The notes: generated by a model from the letters alone, not told the origin. A stretch of 56,660 nt of DNA from Ruminococcus sp. (GCA_051880875.1 JBJEOU010000024.1:1-56660), one strand, 5' to 3'; positions 41,478 through 52,091 are shown, counted from the first letter of the stretch. Translations and numbers: made by a program.

Positions 41478-43550
41478 TTATTCCTCGTCCTCATTTGAAG
41501 AGCTTGATGTGGCGGAAGTTGCCGGCTTAGTAGAAGACGCAGGCTTACTGCTTGCAGAGGATGAAGAGGATTTTTTGCTTGAAGAGGATGCAGGCTTACT
41601 GCTTGCAGAGGAAGCCGGCTTGGTTGCCTTTGGCTTTGTAGCCGAAGTTGTGGGCACAGCCGAGCTTGCAGGAGCAGTATTCTGAGAAACTGTTGATACC
41701 TGAGAGGAGGAAGAGCTGTTCTTCTTTTCCTCTTTTTCCTTTTCATCATCACCGGAATTTCCAACCTGTGACACATGGATGTCGTGTCTGTAATCAGTTC
41801 CGCCGCTGTCGGCTGTCTGAACAGAATGTCCGTTTTCAAGGCTGTAATAGGAGGAAGGCAATTCTTCCTTGTCTATCTCCTTACCCTTGGAATCCTTGTA
41901 AATTCTGTATGACCTTGCACGATAGCTGGAGGAGCCGATGTCGTAGTTTTCGCTGTATGTATCAATAACATCATAGCCGTCGGACTTTATGCCGTAAAAG
42001 CTGGCATAAAGGGTGGTTCCCTCCATATGACAGGCAAGGAACACCTGATATTTGGAATCATTTTTCAGCTTAAGGTCAAAGTTGCCGTAGTCAATGGCGG
42101 CGTCGAAACCGCTGTAGGCATATGAAGAGGGATATGTGTGGTTATGTCGCTCATATATGGTGAGGTTACTCCTGACAGCCGCATTGTAGATTGTGGTACT
42201 TGACTGGCAGATTCCACCGCCCACACCGTCTGTGTAGCTTCCGTCAACGATTACTCCTGCGGCGGCATAGCCGTTTGCAGGGTCGTTGCTGTCGCCTGTA
42301 CATTCGTTAAATGACCACACCTCGCCCGGGTCAATGATGCTTCCGTTACAAGCCGCAAGGGAAACTCTCATATTCTGGTTTCCGTTTTCTCCGTTGGTGG
42401 AAATTGTTTTCCACTCTGCAAGGAGCACCATATTCTTTTCAAGATAGCTGATATTCACCTTTGGCTTTACCACTTCGGTGTATTCGCTGATTGTTCCCTC
42501 ATATACACCTGTTGAGTTGCCTTCCTCAATAATGGCGCTCAGCTGTGACATAAGGCTGTCCTCATCAAGGTTTTGTCCATTTTTGCCCTGTGCAAAGGTG
42601 AACATATCGTCAGCGTCGGGGTCAAACTTTGTCACCTGTGCATTTTTAGCCTTTATATCATATTTCTTATTGATTTTCTCAACCAGCTTCTTTACAGAGC
42701 CCTCATTTAAAGTTGCAGAAATCTCCTTAATCTGGTCAGGGAAATATTCCTCTCCGTTTTCGTCCTCTGCTGTGGGGAAGGTAGTACCCTTTGAAAGCTT
42801 TTCGGAAAATTCCTTTTCCTCTTCCAGAATTTTGTCAGTATCATATGTAAAAGTAAAATTATCCTGTGTGTAAACCTGCTGTTCATCATCAACAGAAATG
42901 ACAATGTTCATTTCCGGACGTGCCTCAAGCTCCTTGCTTTCAAGTGCCTTCTTAGCCTCGCTGACAGTCATTCCGCCAATGTCCACACCGGAAACCTTAC
43001 ATCCCTTTGCAAAGATAAAATCACCGTCTGTATTTTCAACCACAACAGGGTCGGTAACCTTTTCGATTAATCCCATATCTGCAAGGAGGTTATCCTTTGG
43101 TGCTACAACAGCCTGGATAACCAGCACCATAACAGCACAAAGTACAACAGTCGCACCAATGATTGACGCAACAATAATCTTCTTTTTCTTCGGACTTTTT
43201 GCCTTTGGTTTCTTTTGCTTAGGCTCTTTTTTGTCCTGATTGTAGGTATAGTAAATATAACCCTCGTCAGATTCCTTTTCTCTTTTCGGGTTTGAAAAAG
43301 AGTTAATCTCTCTTTTGGAGTTGCTTGTGTTACTTCTTAAGTTTATATCTACCTGTTCTTCTCCCTTAGAAGATTCACCGGCATCCGCTGTGTAAGAATC
43401 AGTCTTAGAATTTTCACCGTAAAGGATTCTGTTGACCTTTTCATTAATATTGCGCATATCCTGAGTGTTGTAGTCGGAGGGTACAAAGTTATCTCCCTTG
43501 GGGTCTTCCAAATCTGCAAGGTAATCTAATTCATCTCTATCTCTATTCAT
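41478..43550 (-). CDS. Membrane-anchored VanW-family protein with putative peptidoglycan-binding region and Ser-rich tail
   Basis: Single TM; GVDIGGMT; IDPGEVWSFN, GGGICQSSTTIYNA, ERHNH, DAAIDYG. Confidence 0.88.
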   Translation of the reverse strand: MNRDRDELDYLADLEDPKGDNFVPSDYNTQDMRNINEKVNRILYGENSKTDSYTADAGESSKGEEQVDINLRSNTSNSKREINSFSNPKREKESDEGYIYYTYNQDKKEPKQKKPKAKSPKKKKIIVASIIGATVVLCAVMVLVIQAVVAPKDNLLADMGLIEKVTDPVVVENTDGDFIFAKGCKVSGVDIGGMTVSEAKKALESKELEARPEMNIVISVDDEQQVYTQDNFTFTYDTDKILEEEKEFSEKLSKGTTFPTAEDENGEEYFPDQIKEISATLNEGSVKKLVEKINKKYDIKAKNAQVTKFDPDADDMFTFAQGKNGQNLDEDSLMSQLSAIIEEGNSTGVYEGTISEYTEVVKPKVNISYLEKNMVLLAEWKTISTNGENGNQNMRVSLAACNGSIIDPGEVWSFNECTGDSNDPANGYAAAGVIVDGSYTDGVGGGICQSSTTIYNAAVRSNLTIYERHNHTYPSSYAYSGFDAAIDYGNFDLKLKNDSKYQVFLACHMEGTTLYASFYGIKSDGYDVIDTYSENYDIGSSSYRARSYRIYKDSKGKEIDKEELPSSYYSLENGHSVQTADSGGTDYRHDIHVSQVGNSGDDEKEKEEKKNSSSSSQVSTVSQNTAPASSAVPTTSATKPKATKPASSASSKPASSSSKKSSSSSASSKPASSTKPATSATSSSSNEDEE

Positions 43551-43588
43551 TCCAAAGCACTCCTTTCCAAGGTACAGCAAACCTATTT

Positions 43589-43746
43589 ATACTAATACCT
43601 AATAAAAAGTAGACTTATATTTGTGAGGATAATTTTCAGAGGACAAGGCGGAGGACGCCACAAGGCTGACGCCTTGCAAGGACGACAACGCAGTACTCTG
43701 GAAATTAGACCGCAAAGATTGTTTACTTTTCATTAGGTATTAGTAT
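43589..43746. mobile_element. 158-bp MITE-like element with 23-bp terminal inverted repeats
   Basis: ATACTAATACCTAATAAAAAGTA ... TACTTTTCATTAGGTATTAGTAT (22/23 match); inner arms TAATTTTCAGAG/CTCTGGAAATTA; GC-rich core; no ORF in the track. Confidence 0.65.
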
Positions 43747-43985
43747 CACCTTTTATTGCACTATAGTTTATGATACTACATCGGGCATTAAAAATAAAGT
43801 AACAAGATTGTAATTTCTCATCAAAATTCTTCCAAATTTTATTTTTAAAAAGATTGTGTTTTTATTTATGTTACATAGACAGACAAATTTTTCAAGAAAA
43901 AAGATGTATCATTATTGTAGTTTTGTTGAAAAATCCGTTTTTATATTTTATTATATAAAGTAAGTATTAATGATTTGGTGATATT

Positions 43986-45131
43986 ATGAAAGTTTTAATA
44001 TTGTTGACCGACACAGGGGGCGGTCACCACAGAGCAAGCCTTGCGCTGAAAGAAACCATTGAAAAAGACCCGGAAAATGAGGTAATGATTGAGGATGCAC
44101 TTATGTATTCCTCAAAATTCATCCACTTTGTTGTAACAGGTCTTTATATGTTTTTTGCCACAAAAGCTCCAAAGCTTTACGGCAAGGTGTATAACTCTGC
44201 GGACAAGGTGTCCGTTATAGACAAGGCTGTCCACGGAATTGCCGCCTTTTATTCCCGAAAGCTAAACAAGCTGATTGCGCAGTTTAAACCCGACTGCATA
44301 ATAACCTGTCATGCATTTTGCAGTGAGATGGTTTCTAACCTTAAAAAGAAAGGGAAAATCGACGCTCTGCTTTTTAACATTATTACCGACTATGCCGCCC
44401 ATGCCGCATACATAAACGACAATGTTGACGCCTACATAGTTGCCAACGACGATATGGTGCACCAGCTAAGGGAACAGTACAATGTTGACGGAACAATAAT
44501 CTACCCTTTGGGTATTCCTATTTATGAGGCTTTTTACCGCAAAGAGGACCCTGCTGTAATGAGGGAAAAGCTTGGACTTAACCCTTACAAAAAGACTGTT
44601 TTAATGATGGCAGGCTCCTTTGGTGTTGCGAACATTCTTGACATCTATAAAAATCTCAACAGAAACCCCGGCGACTACCAGCTTGTTGTTGTTACCGGAA
44701 AAAACGAAAAGCTGTTCTCCGCCTTTCAGACAATCGTAAAAAACGGCTTTATTCCGTCTAAAAAGGGAAACAACATAAAGGTGAAAATCCCTACAAAGCT
44801 GTGCTACTTTGTGGATAACATTGAGGACTATATGAGTGCCGGTGATGTAATTGTTACAAAGCCCGGCGGACTTACCGTTTCTGAATCTATGGCTAAGGAA
44901 ATCCCTATGGCAATCTTCCGTTCCTACGACGGTCAGGAAAAGGACAATGCAGAGTATCTCCGGCGCCACAATCTTGCCATTATCCTCCATGAGGGCAAGG
45001 AGGGTGCAAAACAGCTCAATGCCCTTATCAATGACGACAACGCCTTGGAAACTATGAAAAACAACATCAGAACATTTAAGAAAAATAACAGCAGTCAGAA
45101 CATCTACCGTCTGATAAACGAAAAGCTATAA
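43986..45131 (+). CDS. Diacylglycerol glycosyltransferase (UgtP/MGDG synthase, GT28)
   Basis: GGGHHRA, IITDY, LGIP, AGSFG, TKPGGLTVSE, GQEKDNA. Confidence 0.88.
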   Translation: MKVLILLTDTGGGHHRASLALKETIEKDPENEVMIEDALMYSSKFIHFVVTGLYMFFATKAPKLYGKVYNSADKVSVIDKAVHGIAAFYSRKLNKLIAQFKPDCIITCHAFCSEMVSNLKKKGKIDALLFNIITDYAAHAAYINDNVDAYIVANDDMVHQLREQYNVDGTIIYPLGIPIYEAFYRKEDPAVMREKLGLNPYKKTVLMMAGSFGVANILDIYKNLNRNPGDYQLVVVTGKNEKLFSAFQTIVKNGFIPSKKGNNIKVKIPTKLCYFVDNIEDYMSAGDVIVTKPGGLTVSESMAKEIPMAIFRSYDGQEKDNAEYLRRHNLAIILHEGKEGAKQLNALINDDNALETMKNNIRTFKKNNSSQNIYRLINEKL

Positions 45132-45165
45132 TTAAAACTATGTATTATAGCGATACATTCCCTTT

Positions 45166-45193
45166 GGCACTGCCCTACGGCAGTGCCTTTTTT
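45166..45193. terminator. Terminator between convergent genes
   Basis: GGCACTGCC-CTAC-GGCAGTGCC plus T-run. Confidence 0.8.
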
Positions 45194-45210
45194 GCAGAGT
45201 GCAAACAAAA

Positions 45211-47532
45211 TCAGTTGTCCTTCAGCCTTACAGCCAAAACTGTTATATCGTCGTCCTTAAGTCCCTCGTTCTGACGAATAGCCTCATCTACAACAGCCTC
45301 GGCAAGCTCCTGACAACTGCCCTTGTTCCAGGACTTGATAAGACTCAACAGCCATTTGTCGTCACCCATAACAGCTCCGTCACTAAGCATTACAATCATA
45401 TCCTCTCCCGAAAGCGAAGCGTGCTCTCTTGTAAAATATACCTCATTAAGAATACCGGCAGGTATTGACGGGATTTCTTTTCTCATAACCTTGCCCTTCT
45501 TTTTGACGTATGTATACGGAGCGCCTGCCTTTAGAAATTCTGCCCTGCCTGTAAAAAGATTGATAACCGAAACATCCACAGTTGCAAGGCTTTCTTCCTC
45601 ACTTTTTACCATAAGTGCCGAATTGGTAAGGCTTAGTGCACAGTCAAAGGAAAGTCCCGACTTAACCAGCTTTTCCATAAGGTTAACCGCCATCATAGAG
45701 TCAACTGCGGCCCTGCCTCCTGTGCCCATTCCGTCGCTAATCATCGCAACCATATTGCCCTTGTCGTCATTAAAGCACGCCATACTGTCACCGCACATTT
45801 TTCCGTTGTTTGCAATGTGCTGGCAGGAACCGACCTCAGTTTCAAATAACGGCATTTCGTTCAGAACTACCCTTACCCTGTCCTGGGCAACGGAGGTAAC
45901 AGGGTCAAGAAATCTTCTGCCACAGCACTTTTCAACTTCTCTCTTAAGCACCGATTTCTTAATTGACCCTCTGCTTCTGTCGGAAAGCTCAATCTCCACC
46001 GTCATCTGACTGTCGGAAATTCTGCAATTGCACAAAACAGGAAGAAGGCTGTTTTGTCGCAACATATGTGATATTTTTTCACTACTATCTAAATCACAAA
46101 CATCAGTTACGGAAAATTCCTCCGCCATATCTGTGAGGATGTCTGACAATCCTCCAAACTGACCTGCAAGTCCGTTGCGTATTGAGGTAATACGATGCAT
46201 ACTTTCAATGCTCATCAAATATGATTGATAATATCTGTTAATAGCTGTGGCTATTTCATTTTTTCGACAGCACTTCTTTACAAACAAGGTATCAATATCC
46301 TCAACAGTAATGTGGCTTTGTTTCTTAAGTGTTTCACTTAGTCGATTAAAGTCATCCTGGGTTACTCCCTTTTCTCTGTCCCAGCAGAAAACCCTCATTC
46401 CACAACTGCTGCAAACACAGCTTTTTGTATTTTCGTAAACTGCAGGAAAGGAATCCACGCTAAGCTCCTTCATTTTTCCCGACACCTTTGAAACACAGGA
46501 TGAAACATCCTTAAGTGCCTTTGATGTAAAGTTAAGTCGCATAATCACATTTTCTTTTAAAGCCGCACCGCTGTTTACATCATCTGTGGGGGCAAACAAA
46601 GCGCTTACCAGATTTCCCACACTCTGGGGAATCAGCAGGAACACGCCTGTCCCGAAAAGTCCCTCAACTGCCAGGGCAAAGACTATGTCCTTGTTTCCGC
46701 TGGAAAAGGACATTATCACATCCGACAGCAAAAATGCCACCGCAGTTCCAAACTTGCCCGTTACGGAAAACAGACCGGCCATCAGTCCTCCAAATCCAAA
46801 TCCGCCACACAGAAAGCTGTAGGAAAGGGAGCTTAGAGAAAAAATCACACCTGTTGAAATACCTCCGATAGCCCCTCCGGTGACCCCACCGTATCTGGCG
46901 CACATAAGCACAACTACCACAGCCAAGGCTCTGCCAAAGGAAAAGTTCCCAAAGCTAAGACCGCCCAGTGCAAGGAGCAAAATACATCCCGACATTACCA
47001 TACAGGAAAGCTCCTGCTGATTAAAGGAAGTCAGGTTTCTTCTGGAGGAGCAAAGGCAGATTGTTCTGTCTATAAAAAATGCTGCCGCCGCTGAAATAAC
47101 TGCTTCAACAGTACAAAGGGCAAATGAGTTTATTCTTGAGGAATCCGAGAAGAACAAAGCAACTCCTGTTGCAAACACAGGCAAAAATGCTACCATTGAG
47201 GGAAAGATTGCACTTTTGCTTATATTCTTAATGTCATTTGCCACAAACCTTATGGCGCCAATGGCAACTACAATTGCAATATAGCGAAAGCTCCCCACAG
47301 GGGTCAGGACTATGTAGCCCAGTATTGAACCTAAGATTGAGGTGATTATATATCGGTAGGGCACAGCCGCCACAAATGCCGCCCCAAAGGGAGAAAGCTC
47401 CCCCAACATTGCACCACGGGAAATGAGAGTACCGCAGAAAAAATATATTATCTGTACTGCTATACTTCGCCCCGTAGAACTTTCCCTTATTTCCTGCAAC
47501 CTGTTGTACAATAATTTTTTAACTGCCGTCAT
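45211..47532 (-). CDS. spoIIE: Stage II sporulation protein E (PP2C phosphatase)
   Basis: Multi-TM N-terminus, CSSC..CW, CGDS, SDGMGTG, LSDG, DDITV. Confidence 0.92.
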   Translation of the reverse strand: MTAVKKLLYNRLQEIRESSTGRSIAVQIIYFFCGTLISRGAMLGELSPFGAAFVAAVPYRYIITSILGSILGYIVLTPVGSFRYIAIVVAIGAIRFVANDIKNISKSAIFPSMVAFLPVFATGVALFFSDSSRINSFALCTVEAVISAAAAFFIDRTICLCSSRRNLTSFNQQELSCMVMSGCILLLALGGLSFGNFSFGRALAVVVVLMCARYGGVTGGAIGGISTGVIFSLSSLSYSFLCGGFGFGGLMAGLFSVTGKFGTAVAFLLSDVIMSFSSGNKDIVFALAVEGLFGTGVFLLIPQSVGNLVSALFAPTDDVNSGAALKENVIMRLNFTSKALKDVSSCVSKVSGKMKELSVDSFPAVYENTKSCVCSSCGMRVFCWDREKGVTQDDFNRLSETLKKQSHITVEDIDTLFVKKCCRKNEIATAINRYYQSYLMSIESMHRITSIRNGLAGQFGGLSDILTDMAEEFSVTDVCDLDSSEKISHMLRQNSLLPVLCNCRISDSQMTVEIELSDRSRGSIKKSVLKREVEKCCGRRFLDPVTSVAQDRVRVVLNEMPLFETEVGSCQHIANNGKMCGDSMACFNDDKGNMVAMISDGMGTGGRAAVDSMMAVNLMEKLVKSGLSFDCALSLTNSALMVKSEEESLATVDVSVINLFTGRAEFLKAGAPYTYVKKKGKVMRKEIPSIPAGILNEVYFTREHASLSGEDMIVMLSDGAVMGDDKWLLSLIKSWNKGSCQELAEAVVDEAIRQNEGLKDDDITVLAVRLKDN

Positions 47533-47600
47533 CTTTACACATCCTGTCTTTTATTTGTGGTTTTAAATCACGCTAACTGCTATTAAATTCGTGTGCCTTT

Positions 47601-47633
47601 ATTATAGACAGAACAGGCTGACCCTTTTGTCAC
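47601..47633 (-). promoter_or_regulatory. spoIIE promoter with long spacer
   Basis: GTGACA-21 bp-TATAAT. Confidence 0.5.
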
Positions 47634-47686
47634 AATGTGAATGTACTTTTTTTGATTGTTTTAAATGAGTTTGTAGAATAAAAAAA

Positions 47687-47712
47687 GAAAGCTCCCCAAG
47701 TCGAGAGCTTTC
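47687..47712 (-). terminator. Terminator of the lipoprotein amylase gene
   Basis: GAAAGCTC...GAGCTTTC with an A-run on the left (U tract on the minus strand). Confidence 0.65.
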
Positions 47713-47743
47713 CTCTTTTTTGCCTTTTAATCGGTAGAATTTT

Positions 47744-49360
47744 TTATTTTGAAGAATGTAGTACTATTGTGCTGTATGCTGGCATAGAAAGTAAATTATC
47801 CTCAATGGTGATTTCGCCGGACTTTGCTGTGAGCAAACCGGAAATCATATAATCTGACATAAGTTCATCGGTAATTTCAAAGGATTGTTTCTCTTCGCCC
47901 ACATTATGGAGAATAAGATACTTATCATCCTTATAGGTAATATAGTAACCGCCAACGCCGTCACCGCCGTCAAAGCTGTCAGGCAAAGCAGAGATTTCTC
48001 CCCTGGCAATTCCCGGCTGTGTGTTGCGGATTTTCAGACATTCCTTGTAGAAATTCAGCAAACTTTCTTCATTTTCCTGCTGTTGCTTAACTCCGCCGCC
48101 GTCGGTATAGTCCACAACATAGTCAATACCGCAGGCTGTTACATCGGGAAGATTGTCGCTGTCCCAAATCATAGCAGTTCTCTTTGCCGGGTCGTTGCCC
48201 TCGTCATAGGTTTCCATACCCAGCTCTTCGCCGTAATAGGTGAAGGTGTTACCGGGAGTCATCATATATAGGGCAGCCGCCATTTTCTTCTGATAGAGTT
48301 CCTCCAGAACGTCTGCGCTGCGGTTCATATCGTGGTTAGTCAGGAAGTAACAGTTGATAGTGTCCTTGTTTGCCTCTTTTGTAGCCTTTTCGTAGCTGAT
48401 GAGGGTGTCAGTCATATCCATAATTGTGCCTACACGAGCTGTACAAAGGAACTTACCTGCAGTATCGGCAAACGGGAAGGCAAAAAGGCTGTCCAATCCG
48501 GAGCTGTACATTGTGGTGATCTCGCTCATATCGCTTGACCAGTCCTCGCCTACCATATAAACATCTTCTTTAACTTCTCTGCAGGTATCGTAGAACCATT
48601 TGAGAACCTCTGAGCTTTTTTCAGCGTCGTTGTAGTACAAATATCTTACAGCGTCAAGTCTGAAGCCTGCAACTCCTCTGTCAAGCCAGAACTTTGCAGC
48701 CTTTGCAATCTCGTCCTTTGTGCCCTGGTAATCGTAGTTCCACTCCGGCATAGTGTCGCTGAAATTACTTTCATAGAGTATACCGCTGTCGTTGGGGTCG
48801 GGGTTGTATCCAAGAGGATAATCTCCGTTATTCTTTATAATATTAAAGTACTTTGCATATCCGTCAAAATTACCCTTTTCAGCTTGTGCAAGCGCTTTTT
48901 TGAACCAAGGGTGCTCATTGGAGCAATGGTTGGGAACAAAGTCAATGATTACATCAATGCCCCTTTTGTCACATTCCTCAATAAGCTGGTCAAAGTCATC
49001 CAGTGTGCCGAACTGGGGGTCAATGTTGTAGTAATCCTTAACATCGTACTTGTGATATGAGGGGGAAGGCATCATAGGGCTCAGCCATATACCTGTATAT
49101 CCCAAATCATCATCTGTACTGTCGTCACCGTCATTGATATAGTCCAGCTTGCTGATTATACCTTGAATGTCGCCGATTTTGTCGTTGTCGGAATCGCAGA
49201 AAGAGCCAATCCATATCTGATAATAGCTGTTGTACTTATCATCAGGCAAATTAACCTTGGCATTTTCAATCAAATCCTCTGTTGATTTACTGCATCCTGT
49301 ACAAAATACTGCAGTAAGTGCAATAGCACATACCATTAAAATTGTAAGTAGCTTTTTCAT
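47744..49360 (-). CDS. Lipoprotein GH13 alpha-amylase (GH13_36-like)
   Basis: Lipobox CTGC; SPSYHKYDV, DFVPNH, GFRLDAV, VGEDW, FLTNHD. Confidence 0.88.
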   Translation of the reverse strand: MKKLLTILMVCAIALTAVFCTGCSKSTEDLIENAKVNLPDDKYNSYYQIWIGSFCDSDNDKIGDIQGIISKLDYINDGDDSTDDDLGYTGIWLSPMMPSPSYHKYDVKDYYNIDPQFGTLDDFDQLIEECDKRGIDVIIDFVPNHCSNEHPWFKKALAQAEKGNFDGYAKYFNIIKNNGDYPLGYNPDPNDSGILYESNFSDTMPEWNYDYQGTKDEIAKAAKFWLDRGVAGFRLDAVRYLYYNDAEKSSEVLKWFYDTCREVKEDVYMVGEDWSSDMSEITTMYSSGLDSLFAFPFADTAGKFLCTARVGTIMDMTDTLISYEKATKEANKDTINCYFLTNHDMNRSADVLEELYQKKMAAALYMMTPGNTFTYYGEELGMETYDEGNDPAKRTAMIWDSDNLPDVTACGIDYVVDYTDGGGVKQQQENEESLLNFYKECLKIRNTQPGIARGEISALPDSFDGGDGVGGYYITYKDDKYLILHNVGEEKQSFEITDELMSDYMISGLLTAKSGEITIEDNLLSMPAYSTIVLHSSK

Positions 49361-49589
49361 AATTGTACTCCTCGTTTTTTTATGTTGAGTTATATAATAT
49401 TTTATCATTTTATACCGAAATGTTCAATAGGTTAATTAAATATTGTCCCGCTAAAATTTCTGTTTTCCCCTTTAAAATTGCTACATATTTTCCCTTTACC
49501 TATTTATCTTAAATCAAGGGATAGCTTGACTCGCCATCGCTTGTTTACTTCACTTTTTTCGGATTTACCACAACATTTGACAATGAGCC

Positions 49590-49620
49590 AAAAAAAGCTC
49601 CACAGGTTGCCCTGTGGAGC
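49590..49620 (-). terminator. mal operon terminator
   Basis: GCTCCACAGG-TTGC-CCTGTGGAGC preceded by A7. Confidence 0.85.
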
Positions 49621-49638
49621 ATAATAATTGCGTTAATA

Positions 49639-50493
49639 TTAACCCTTAACACCGCCGGCTGTAACACCTTCAACATAATAGTTCTGCATCTTCAGGAACA
49701 ATAATGTGATAGGAATAGCAACAACAGTAGAACCGGCAAGGAATCGTGTAAAGTACTTGGATATGTACTGCTGGCTTACCATCAACTGCAGACCGACTGA
49801 AACCGTATAGTTTTCACGGGCGTCACCCATGATAATTCTAACAAGGATAAAGTCTGTCCACGGTCCGATAAAGGATGTAAGAACAGTATATACAACGATT
49901 GGCTTTGACATTGGAAGGATAATCTTCCAGAATATCTGGTTCTTTGTGGCGCCGTCAATAGTTGCCGCCTCGTCGAGCGCTCTTGGGATTGTATCAAAGA
50001 AGCCTTTACTAATCTGGAATCCGATACCTGCACCTGCTGAATAGCAGATAACAAGAGCAGGAAGTGTCTGTGTAAGACCCATTGCTTTTAACAGATAGTA
50101 AATAGCAATCATTGTCATAAATCCAGGGAACATACCGATAATCATACCGATGTTGATAAGAGGCTTTCTTGCCTTAAATCTCAGTCGGCTGAATGAGTAT
50201 GAAACCATAAGTACGGACAATGTTGAAATCACGCAAGAGAAACAAGCAACAACAAATGTGTTAAGGAACCATCTTGGGAAGTTCAGAAGTGATGTATCTG
50301 TAAACAACTCAATATAGTTCTTGAAAGAGAATGTTTCAGGAATCAGATAAGGAACAGCTGAACCACCCTCTGCACGGAATGAATGGAGAAGCATCCATAC
50401 AAGTGGAGAAATCCAAATCAAACCGAGAATTGCAAGAATCACATAGACGATGGCATTCGCTAAATTTCTTCTTAATTTATAGCTTTTTATCAT
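49639..50493 (-). CDS. malG: Maltodextrin ABC transporter permease (MalG/MalD-type)
   Basis: EAA loop FDTIPRALDEAATIDGA; C-terminal GVTAGGVKG. Confidence 0.88.
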   Translation of the reverse strand: MIKSYKLRRNLANAIVYVILAILGLIWISPLVWMLLHSFRAEGGSAVPYLIPETFSFKNYIELFTDTSLLNFPRWFLNTFVVACFSCVISTLSVLMVSYSFSRLRFKARKPLINIGMIIGMFPGFMTMIAIYYLLKAMGLTQTLPALVICYSAGAGIGFQISKGFFDTIPRALDEAATIDGATKNQIFWKIILPMSKPIVVYTVLTSFIGPWTDFILVRIIMGDARENYTVSVGLQLMVSQQYISKYFTRFLAGSTVVAIPITLLFLKMQNYYVEGVTAGGVKG

Positions 50494-51983
50494 GAGAATG
50501 CCTCCTCGTCCTTTGCAGATTTTGTAAGGTTGAATGTAATAAGCGACAGGGATGCACAAACTATAAATACGAGAATACCGATAGCGGCAGCGTAGTTGTA
50601 GTCCTGTGAATTCATTGTCAGCTTAAACAACCATGTAACAAGCAAGTCGGTGTAACCCGCCTGATACAACGATTCACTGGTCGGCGAACCGTTTGTCAAC
50701 AGATAAATAACATTAAAGTTATTGATGTTGTTGATAAATGTTGTAATCAAGTATGGAGTTGTAACGAAGAGCATATATGGGAGAGTAATCTTCATAAAGC
50801 TCTTGAACGGACCTGCACCGTCTATCGTAGCCGATTCGTAAAGGTCGGCAGGGATATTCATAAGAATACCTGAAGTAATAAGGATGGTGTAAGGAATACC
50901 AACCCACAGGTTGATTACAATAACGGTAATTCTTGCCGTTAAGGCAGTACCGTTGATAAAGTCTATCTGCTGGAAACCTAAGTTTTGTAGCAGAACATTG
51001 ATAGCACCTGTGTTAAGCTGAAGCATCTGGTTCATAACAAGAAGTGTAACGAACTGTGGAACAGCGATTGTAATAACAAAAAGTGTTCTCCAGAGAGCCT
51101 TAAGCTTGATGCCTTTTTTGTTAATCATAAGGGCAACAATCATACCCATAATGTAGTTAAGGAATGTTGCAAAGATAGCCCAGATAATTGTCCACTCTGT
51201 AAGTACGAGGAATGTGTGTCCCATACTTGCTCCGCCCTTTGAGCTGAAAACTTCGCCAAAGGTCTGAAGTCCTGTCCATGTGAACAAGCTGTTTGGAGGC
51301 AGATTTGGTGGACGATAGTTTGTGAAAGCAATCAGCACCATAAAGATAAGTGGCAAAATGGTAAATATGCCGATGAGAAGTGTTGGAATTGTAAGAAGTG
51401 TAATGTGGAACTTCTCGTCCAGATATTCCTTCATCTCTTCCTTAAAGGTAGGGATGTGCTTTCCGTCTTTCTTTAACTGATATACTTTGTAAGCTGATTT
51501 TGTATTAATAATGTAGAACACAAGGAAGATTACTGTCACAACAATAGTAACAACACCGTAAAGGAGGATAAGCATTGAGTTATCGCCATCTACATGAGTA
51601 GGAATGCCGTTAACAATCTTAAATCCGCCATGCTCTGTACCAAGGGTTCCGAATTTTGAAATGTAATTAATTCCGAAGAAAATCAGGAATGCTGCATAAG
51701 CCGCCTCAATAAGGAAGAACAGCAGTCCCTTTATGTATTGACCTTTGCTAAAGTTACCTGTACCCATAATAAGGTAAGAAACCTTGGTTGCCCAGTCACC
51801 CTTTGCAAATCTCTTGCCGTAGTTTGCAAAGCTGTGAACAATACCAAGAACAAGCTTCTTGAAAAATCTACCCAGCATACAGAAGAACTTAGCTAAGTTC
51901 TTTGGCAGATTTACAAAGAATTTCTTAATCTTGTAACCGGCTCTTTGGAAAGGATTTAGCTGTACATAATCAATATATTTCAT
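50490..51983 (-). CDS. malF: Maltodextrin ABC transporter permease (MalF/MalC-type)
   Basis: IAFTNY, NLWVGIPY, IPADLYESATIDGA, NINNFNVIY, TDLLVTW. Confidence 0.88.
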   Translation of the reverse strand: MKYIDYVQLNPFQRAGYKIKKFFVNLPKNLAKFFCMLGRFFKKLVLGIVHSFANYGKRFAKGDWATKVSYLIMGTGNFSKGQYIKGLLFFLIEAAYAAFLIFFGINYISKFGTLGTEHGGFKIVNGIPTHVDGDNSMLILLYGVVTIVVTVIFLVFYIINTKSAYKVYQLKKDGKHIPTFKEEMKEYLDEKFHITLLTIPTLLIGIFTILPLIFMVLIAFTNYRPPNLPPNSLFTWTGLQTFGEVFSSKGGASMGHTFLVLTEWTIIWAIFATFLNYIMGMIVALMINKKGIKLKALWRTLFVITIAVPQFVTLLVMNQMLQLNTGAINVLLQNLGFQQIDFINGTALTARITVIVINLWVGIPYTILITSGILMNIPADLYESATIDGAGPFKSFMKITLPYMLFVTTPYLITTFINNINNFNVIYLLTNGSPTSESLYQAGYTDLLVTWLFKLTMNSQDYNYAAAIGILVFIVCASLSLITFNLTKSAKDEEAFS

Positions 51984-52029
51984 TTATTCACTCTCCTTTT
52001 TATGCCGATAAAAGCACTTTGTGATAACA

Positions 52030-52055
52030 CTGGAGACGACCTAAGCCGTCTCCAG
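52030..52055 (-). promoter_or_regulatory. Intercistronic hairpin after malE (likely mRNA stabiliser or partial terminator)
   Basis: CTGGAGACG-N8-CGTCTCCAG without a U tract. Confidence 0.6.
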
Positions 52056-52091
52056 CAAAATACTATTAATTACCTAACTAACAGCTAAATC

